Shown: positions 57,703 through 64,000 of the stretch, one piece after another
Layout: every line of letters starts with the position of its first letter
Position numbering within the stretch: the first letter of the stretch is position 1
The notes under the pieces: model-generated
The model's input: only the letters and a program-made list of their open reading frames with translations
The model's database searches: none
What the model was told of the DNA's origin: nothing
Made by a program: the position numbers and the translations under genes
From: Candidatus Cryptobacteroides sp.
Lineage (GTDB): Bacteria; Bacteroidota; Bacteroidia; Bacteroidales; UBA932
Length of the DNA: 64,000 nucleotides
Direction: 5' to 3'
Assembly (NCBI GenBank): GCA_051870395.1
Contig: JBJEBV010000102.1
Location: forward strand, 17,271 to 81,270

Positions 57703-59511
57703 TTAAAAGTCAAGACCGTCATCCCAGCCAGGGTTCTGAGTAAGATTCCTGTTCAGAGACCTGTCATTGATAGGAACCGGATAGAGATAATCCCTTACAG
57801 GGTCAAAAGAGAAGAGAATGTTGTGCACAGGCTCGAAAAGACCCTTGTCGCCCTCGCTGAGGAATACATCCTTGCCGAGCTGCCAGTTCTTGGTCGCCTT
57901 GTCATTCTTCTTGCCGTCAGTAGTGATATTGTAGTCGATGACACCGTCACCGTCAATGTCATACTGTCCGACTCCCGGGAAATAAATTCCATAGTAAGGC
58001 CTTGCAAGATGCTCTCCATGTTTCCACCTCATGAGGTCCTGATAGCGGAAGCCTTCCTGTGCAAGCTCGATGGCTCTCTCGCGGCGAACCTCGAGAATGA
58101 GGGCGTCGGTAACATCAGGATAGAAATATTCTCTCTGAAGATACGGGTCAGCTTTCACGTCAGCCTTCAGGTCAGGCATTCCGACACGGGCACGGAGAAG
58201 GTTGATCGACTTGTCGATACTCTCCTGGTCGAGGATACCGAGCTCAGCCTTGGCCTCAGCATAGTTGAGAAGGACTTCGCCGAAACGGAATACCGCAATG
58301 TCATTGTAGGACTTGTCGAGCTTGTCGAACGAGAGATTGTTGTCCGGCATCACGAACTTGGCTGTCTGGAAACCGGTCACGGCGCAGTTGGCGTCAACTC
58401 CTACAGGAGTTTCGGCATACTTGTAGGCATTGCCGGACTGGGTGATTCGCCTGTAGCCAGGGATACGGATAGTCTGGGCAAGACGAGGGTCACGGTCAGC
58501 AACTTCCTCGGCAAACTGCATTGTCTCCCAGCCTTCCCTGTCGGTGAAGCGGGTGCCGTCCTTCATCAGGTATGCGTCCACGAACTTCTTGGTCATGCAG
58601 GCTCCGCGGCCGGCCTCGACTGCATAAGCCGTGGCATTGTGCATCAGAGATGTACCATAATCGAAGTTGATCGCGAGGATGGCCTCGGTGGTCAGCGCAT
58701 CGTAAGAAGAGAAGAGGACTGCATAGTCAAGGTCAGGATTTCCGGTTGAATAGAGCTTGAAAGGACCTTTCTCCATCACCTCCTCGGCAGCCTTGTAAGC
58801 CAGTTCAAGATACCAGTCGGCATCCTTGGCATCTTCCGGAAGCCTGCATACGAAGCTCGGGTCATAAAGCTCGTCGTGATACTTTCTGTAAGTACCCTCG
58901 AAGAGGCAGAAACGGGCTTTGAATGCCAATGCCGCCCACTTTGTAGCGCGGTAGTTCATTCCGCCATAAGAATCCGGAAGGTTCTCGGCAGCATAATCCA
59001 CATCCTCGATCATCCTCTGCATGATGAACTCGCGGCTCTCTCTTGGGGCCTGGAGGACAGGGTCGGTGGAACCCGGTTCGTGGTCAACCCACGGAACGTC
59101 TCCGAAACGCATGACCTTGTCGAAGTAGAAGTAAGCCCTGAAGAAACGGCTGAGAGCAGTATACTGAACGGCAGCCTTAGGGTCTTCGCACTGCTTCGGG
59201 ATATAATCCAGGCAGGTATTGATACGCCTGAGGTCACCCCAGGACCAGCCGCCGCCGGATGCCGGCACGAAACGGTTGGATCCGCTCTTCACGAGGTCAG
59301 AAGGATCCTGATGCACATACTGGTCGCTCTGCTCGTTGTAGATGGTCTTTGGAAGCAGGTTGTTGTAGTAAGGGTTTGTAAAAAGCTGCAGGTCAGTAGC
59401 AGTCTTGAAATATGTCTCAGGACTGAGCTTTGACTGCGGCTCCTTGTCGAGAAGATCGCAAGAGCTGATTGCAAGAGCTGCTGCGACTACAATCAATATA
59501 TTCTTTTTCAT
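57703..59511 (-). CDS. SusD/RagB family lipoprotein
   Basis: Lipobox LAISSC-DLLD; RFFRAYFY, FGDVPW, GEVLLNYAEA, RRERAIEL, LTQNPGW; ATG 59511 preferred. Confidence 0.95.
   Translation of the reverse strand: MKKNILIVVAAALAISSCDLLDKEPQSKLSPETYFKTATDLQLFTNPYYNNLLPKTIYNEQSDQYVHQDPSDLVKSGSNRFVPASGGGWSWGDLRRINTCLDYIPKQCEDPKAAVQYTALSRFFRAYFYFDKVMRFGDVPWVDHEPGSTDPVLQAPRESREFIMQRMIEDVDYAAENLPDSYGGMNYRATKWAALAFKARFCLFEGTYRKYHDELYDPSFVCRLPEDAKDADWYLELAYKAAEEVMEKGPFKLYSTGNPDLDYAVLFSSYDALTTEAILAINFDYGTSLMHNATAYAVEAGRGACMTKKFVDAYLMKDGTRFTDREGWETMQFAEEVADRDPRLAQTIRIPGYRRITQSGNAYKYAETPVGVDANCAVTGFQTAKFVMPDNNLSFDKLDKSYNDIAVFRFGEVLLNYAEAKAELGILDQESIDKSINLLRARVGMPDLKADVKADPYLQREYFYPDVTDALILEVRRERAIELAQEGFRYQDLMRWKHGEHLARPYYGIYFPGVGQYDIDGDGVIDYNITTDGKKNDKATKNWQLGKDVFLSEGDKGLFEPVHNILFSFDPVRDYLYPVPINDRSLNRNLTQNPGWDDGLDF
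58717..58775 (-). repeat. SusD segment duplicated at 53267..53325
   Basis: Encodes (M)EKGPFKLYSTGNPDLDYAV. Confidence 0.95.
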
Positions 59512-59524
59512 AATATTCACCGTA

Positions 59525-62500
59525 TTAGAATGTCACGTCAATACCGAACATATAAGTTTTCTGCCAAGGGTAGAATGCCCTGTTGTAGTCGTTATTGCTA
59601 CGGCCGAACGCTCCTTCAGGATCGATGTAGATGCTGTGCTTCTTGAATGGAGACCAGTACTGGAGGTTCTCACCGGAGAAGTAGATGCGGATCTTGTCGA
59701 CTCTGATCTTCCTGGTAGCTTTCTGAGGAACGGTATATCCTACAGTGAGGTTCTTGAATCTGAGATAGCGGAGATTCTGAAGGTAGCGGGTGTTGACCTT
59801 GTTGAGCTGCGCACCACCGTCGTATGCAAGATAAGCGACAGGACGAGGGAAGTAGGCGTCAGGGTTCTCCTCGCTCCAGCACTGCTGCAGGAAGTCCTTA
59901 GGAAGGTATGAACACATAGGCTGGGAGAATGGTCCCCAGAATGCGAATGACCTCACGTGAGGATACCAGTAATGGTTGCCGGTTCCCTGGAAGAAAGCCG
60001 AGATGTCGAAACCGAAGTAGTCGAGACTGAGGGTAAAGCCGTACTGGAGTCTTGCAAGGGAATTACCGAGAATCTTGCGGTCGCCAGGATTGTCCACATT
60101 GTTCTGGCCTATGCCGATCTTGCCGTCGCCGTCGATATCCTCGTATTTGAGGTCACCTGCACTCCATCCGCCGCACTTGTCGAGCTTACCCTTTACATAG
60201 GAAAGATCGACCTGTGATGCATATTCCTGAGCTTCCTCGTTACTCTGGAAGAGATCATTTGCCACGAAACCCCAGATTTCGCCGAGTTTCTGGCCTACAT
60301 AGAAGGACTTTGCGAAAGTCTTGTCAGCATTGTCATATTTGGTGATCTCCGAGTCATAAACGCTGAGAGTACCCTTGATTCCGTAGCCGAAAGGATGTCC
60401 AGCAAGATTGAACTGGTCTCTCCATCCGAGTGAGAATTCGAGACCCTTGGTGCGGAGGTCGGCTGTGTTCTGCTTCGGAGGATCAGCACCATATACTGCC
60501 GGAAGTTCATAACCGTCAGTAAGCATGTCCTTGGTATCGCGGATATAAGCCTCACCTGTGAACTGGAGTCTGCTCTTGAACATGTCGAGGTCGAGACCGA
60601 CGTTCCACTGCTCTGAAGTCTCCCAGGTCAGATCGGATGAGTTAGGGGCGGAAATGCTGGAATACTTGCCCACAGTGCTGCCCTCACCGAAATTATAGTA
60701 TGCGAAGTTCTTGATTTCGATAAGACGGTAAGCGATATCGTTGGCTACATTCTGATTACCGAGAGTACCGAACGAAGCACGGAGTTTGAGATTGTCCACG
60801 ACGCTCTTGGCTGGAGCGAAGAAAGGCTCTTCCGAAATACGCCAGCCGATGGATCCTGAAGGGAAGAAGCCCCACCTGTGACCTTTGGCAAAGCGTGAAG
60901 TACCGTCATAACGACCTGAAATCTCGAAAAGATAACGGCCTGCATAGTCATAGTTGACACGACCGAAATAGCCCATGAGTGCGTATGCTGAACGTCCTCC
61001 GGAAACAGCCATCACTGTGGCTCCGTCAGAGTTGGTGCCGACGAGGTTGAGGTCAGAAAGATTCTCTGTGAGAAGATAATCTCCTGAGGCTCCCACGGAC
61101 TTGCCATCCTGGCTCTCATAGTTGGCTCCGGCCATCACGGTGAGATGATGCTTGTCTGCAAAGGTGTTCTCATAAGTTGCGAAAACGTTGGCAGCATAGT
61201 AGTTGTAGGTAGCTATGCTCTCGTTCAGCTGGTCGAGACCGGCACCTGTATCGTACTTCTCAAGGTCAGCACCCGGATATCGCCTGTATGTGAAGTTGGT
61301 GGTCCTGCTGGTATTCCTGTTCTGGTGGAACCTGTAGGTAAAATTGGCCACGATTGAAAGGCCCTTCACAGGAGTGATGGTGAGCTCGGAAGTATTGGAG
61401 AAGTCGGTCTTCCTCTGGAGGTTGGTATTCTTGGCTTCACCATAGACAATGTGACGGCCGTTGCCGATACCATAGTCAGAGTTGAAGAAGTCCTTCAGCT
61501 TGTACAGCCAGGAACCGTCCGGGTTCTGCATCGGGAAGATAGGAAGAGCGTGTGCGGCCGTGTAGGTGATGGCGTTCTGGATGTCGCCGACTCCCACGAA
61601 GTCATAGAGTGAACTGTAGAATGAAGTATTGTTGCTGAACTTCATGTACTTGTTGATGTCGAAGTCAACCTTTGAACGGAGATTATACTTCGTGAACACG
61701 TCAGGACGCTGCTTGATGATACCCTCCTGACGGTCAAGACCGCCGGATACGAAGTATTTGACTCCCTTTCCGCCGCCTGAAATGGAAACATTGTGCTGCT
61801 GTACAGGATGCTGGTCGTTGAAGAGCATGTGCCACCAGTCGTTGTTTCCGTAGTAGCGCCACTGGTTGATACCGTTCACTACGCGCTCTACTACCCAAGG
61901 ACGGTCCGGATTCTCCGTCTTGTCGTTCACGCGGGCGAGGAGCTGCTGCATGTCGTAGTCGTCATACTTCACATATTGGTTTCCCTCAGAGTTCATACGG
62001 AAGACATTGTGAGTATAGACTGACCAGTAACCTCTTGTCTCATAGTCGGTTGAAGTGGTTGGCTCCTCCCATCCGAAGCGGCCGCTGTAACGTACGGTAG
62101 CCTTTCCGTCCTCGACCTTTCCGTTCTTGGTGGTGACCAGAATCACACCGAAGGCAGCACGTGCACCGTAAACGGCTGCTGCAGCTGCGTCCTTGATGAC
62201 GGAGATGGACTCGATATCGTTAGGATTGACGCGGTCGATGTCACCTACGGCTCCGTCGATGAGAACGAGAGGCTCGGCTCCGTTGATGGATGTATATCCG
62301 CGGACATTCAGGCTTCCGGTAGAACCAGGGTTACCTGAAGAGGTGGAGATGTTGAGGCCCGGTACGGAACCCTGAAGCATTGTGGAAACCGAGTGAGCGG
62401 TCCTGTTTTCCAATGCCTTGGAATCCACCGAGGTGATGGCGCCGGTCAGATTGACCTTCTTCTGCGTACCATAACCCACAACGACCGTCTCCTCAAGGAA

Positions 62501-62809
62501 GAGGTTGTCCTCTTCGAGAGTGACGGAAATCCTGGATGTTCCCTCGGGAACAGTGGTGGTTACTGACACGTAACCCATGCAGGCCACGTCAAGCTTGACA
62601 TTTCCTGATGGAACCTTCAATGAGAATGTACCATCTGGGTCTGTCACAGTACCTTGATTGGTCCCTGCGATCATTACGGACGCACCGATGACCGGCTGCT
62701 GCTGGGTATCAAGAACTGTTCCTGATACAACTCTGGTCTGTGCATTCGCGCTCATAAGGCCCGAAAGCGCCAGCAACAGAGTTGCAGCAATAGTTTTAAT
62801 GAATCTCAT
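59525..62809 (-). CDS. SusC/RagA TonB-dependent transporter
   Basis: VVVGYGTQKK, IKDAAAAAVYGARAAFGVILVTTK, LTWET, YLRFKNL, C-terminal Phe. Confidence 0.97.
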   Translation of the reverse strand: MRFIKTIAATLLLALSGLMSANAQTRVVSGTVLDTQQQPVIGASVMIAGTNQGTVTDPDGTFSLKVPSGNVKLDVACMGYVSVTTTVPEGTSRISVTLEEDNLFLEETVVVGYGTQKKVNLTGAITSVDSKALENRTAHSVSTMLQGSVPGLNISTSSGNPGSTGSLNVRGYTSINGAEPLVLIDGAVGDIDRVNPNDIESISVIKDAAAAAVYGARAAFGVILVTTKNGKVEDGKATVRYSGRFGWEEPTTSTDYETRGYWSVYTHNVFRMNSEGNQYVKYDDYDMQQLLARVNDKTENPDRPWVVERVVNGINQWRYYGNNDWWHMLFNDQHPVQQHNVSISGGGKGVKYFVSGGLDRQEGIIKQRPDVFTKYNLRSKVDFDINKYMKFSNNTSFYSSLYDFVGVGDIQNAITYTAAHALPIFPMQNPDGSWLYKLKDFFNSDYGIGNGRHIVYGEAKNTNLQRKTDFSNTSELTITPVKGLSIVANFTYRFHQNRNTSRTTNFTYRRYPGADLEKYDTGAGLDQLNESIATYNYYAANVFATYENTFADKHHLTVMAGANYESQDGKSVGASGDYLLTENLSDLNLVGTNSDGATVMAVSGGRSAYALMGYFGRVNYDYAGRYLFEISGRYDGTSRFAKGHRWGFFPSGSIGWRISEEPFFAPAKSVVDNLKLRASFGTLGNQNVANDIAYRLIEIKNFAYYNFGEGSTVGKYSSISAPNSSDLTWETSEQWNVGLDLDMFKSRLQFTGEAYIRDTKDMLTDGYELPAVYGADPPKQNTADLRTKGLEFSLGWRDQFNLAGHPFGYGIKGTLSVYDSEITKYDNADKTFAKSFYVGQKLGEIWGFVANDLFQSNEEAQEYASQVDLSYVKGKLDKCGGWSAGDLKYEDIDGDGKIGIGQNNVDNPGDRKILGNSLARLQYGFTLSLDYFGFDISAFFQGTGNHYWYPHVRSFAFWGPFSQPMCSYLPKDFLQQCWSEENPDAYFPRPVAYLAYDGGAQLNKVNTRYLQNLRYLRFKNLTVGYTVPQKATRKIRVDKIRIYFSGENLQYWSPFKKHSIYIDPEGAFGRSNNDYNRAFYPWQKTYMFGIDVTF

Positions 62810-62866
62810 AAAAGCTAGATTAGTTAATATTATTAATTGGATATATTCCAGTTATCAATAGGATAT

Positions 62867-64000
62867 TTACCAGGCATAGGTATCGACGTTGAATGCCTTT
62901 GGACGGCTCATCGTCTCGGTATAGACGTTGCCGAAATTGTCGGTCACCTTGATTTCAAGAGTCGATGTCGCGCTCGAGGCCGTGACCATCCACATATGGC
63001 TGCAGGACTTGGTTGTGAAAGAGTCCTCTTTTGTCTTTCCGCAGGAAGGCATATATGTGAGAATATGGAGAGGATCCCTGAAGGTGCTTGATGCCGCCTG
63101 GGAAACAGTCAGGGCTTTTCCGTTCTCGGTTACCTCAATGCTCCAGCCCGGACCGTAGTTCCAGACATTGATGTAAACCTCATTGGCATTGTTGGCAGTC
63201 ATCCAGCTGCCGGCCACCGCCTCGAACACGGCTATCTGGGCATCAGCCTTTCCTGACATGTACTTCTCAACGGGAAGATGGATGTTGTTGCGGTCGTAGG
63301 AGCGGAACTGGACATTCTCATCCAGACCCGTCCCCTTGAACTTCCACTTGAAATCACTGCCTGCAATGTTGAAAATCTCATATCCTCCCGGGGCTCCGTC
63401 GGTTCCGATGTGAACCTTGCCGTCGGACTTGTAAACGCAGTCCCACCAGTCGGCGCAGACGGCTCCGCAATTGTGGTCATACCAATTGCTGGACTTCCTG
63501 TTTGCCACCTGATGGGTATGTCCGGTAAGGAAATGAACCTGGTCATAGCCAGACAAACAGCCGAACAATGCTGTCCTGTTCGCCTCAGTGTCAAGGTTGC
63601 TGGTCGTGGCGTGCATTGTGACAACTACCGGTGTGGACTTGGATACAAACGAAAGATCCTTTGCCAGCCATGCAAGCTCCTCATCAGTAACCAGTTCGTT
63701 GTACTTCCTGTCATCCTTCCCGCCTCCCTTGCTTGTGCTGAGAATATTGTCAAGGACGACATAATGCACCTTGCCGATGTTGAACGAGTAGAAATCCGGG
63801 GCAACCTCCTTTGTGAACTGAACAGCATTCTGGAAATCGCCGGGCAGCATCATGTCGTGGTCATGGTTTCCGATCGTATGGAAAATCGTCAGGTCTCCCA
63901 CCTGCTTTACATCGTCGAGATACTGCAGGAACTGATAATTCCTGTCATACCAGTAATAGTCCCAGGTCATGTCTCCGAGGGTCACGGCATAAACCTTCTC
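62867..64000 (-). CDS. Calcineurin-like metallophosphoesterase, 5' end outside the window
   Basis: Frame open to the window end; LGDMTWD, GNHDH, MHA, GHTH, CADWW...DGAPGGY, INVWN. Confidence 0.85.
   Translation of the reverse strand, partial: EKVYAVTLGDMTWDYYWYDRNYQFLQYLDDVKQVGDLTIFHTIGNHDHDMMLPGDFQNAVQFTKEVAPDFYSFNIGKVHYVVLDNILSTSKGGGKDDRKYNELVTDEELAWLAKDLSFVSKSTPVVVTMHATTSNLDTEANRTALFGCLSGYDQVHFLTGHTHQVANRKSSNWYDHNCGAVCADWWDCVYKSDGKVHIGTDGAPGGYEIFNIAGSDFKWKFKGTGLDENVQFRSYDRNNIHLPVEKYMSGKADAQIAVFEAVAGSWMTANNANEVYINVWNYGPGWSIEVTENGKALTVSQAASSTFRDPLHILTYMPSCGKTKEDSFTTKSCSHMWMVTASSATSTLEIKVTDNFGNVYTETMSRPKAFNVDTYAW

Noticed and set aside
57823-58749. 308-aa plus-strand ORF, and similar long antisense ORFs (1690..2424, 23881..24639, 35798..36556, 36943..37713, 44989..45750)
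   Set aside because: Essentially contained within confidently identified genes on the opposite strand and lacking recognisable motifs; expected from codon bias
53267-58775. Diversity-generating retroelement TR/VR pair
   Set aside because: The only mismatch is T versus C on the coding strand, not adenine-specific; the matched region is mid-gene; no reverse transcriptase in the window
52986-59511. Invertible SusCD shufflon
   Set aside because: All repeats found are direct, not inverted, and no recombinase gene is visible
1-64000. rRNA, tRNA, IS elements, prophage
   Set aside because: No such sequences recognised; intergenic gaps are short and largely explained by promoters and terminators

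Overview
A 64-kb chromosomal window from a Bacteroidales bacterium. The assignment is inferred from SusC/SusD pairs, TAnnTTTG promoter boxes and Bacteroidales-type gene content. Most genes are housekeeping: murQ, recR, mntP, an aromatic amino-acid operon, lpxK, dusB, pfkA, miaA, pyrB, glpT, slyD, trkA, tyrS, tpiA, tdh, nadD, gmk, fba and a lysC-dap cluster. Accessory content comprises two paralogous SusC/SusD loci with calcineurin-like phosphoesterases and large BACON-type lipoproteins but no visible CAZymes, a five-gene type II fatty-acid/polyene-like cluster, and an AAA_14/DUF4143-type ATPase cassette. Most notable signals: (1) an unannotated 20-aa Phe/Tyr-rich leader peptide with pause, antiterminator and terminator hairpins in front of pheA; (2) a GTTTCGAAAG motif shared by the glpT promoter and the divergent promoter of SusCD-phosphoesterase locus 1, suggesting a glycerophosphodiester/organophosphate scavenging regulon; (3) a recombination scar at 52986-54671 holding a 59-bp copy of the SusD interior, an orphan alternative C-terminus for the neighbouring lipoprotein and a direct-repeat-flanked ATPase; (4) a 163-bp imperfect palindrome with a GTAG core in the gmk leader. 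No rRNA, tRNA, CRISPR array, integrase or transposase was recognised. All calls come from reading the sequence by eye; no database searches were run.
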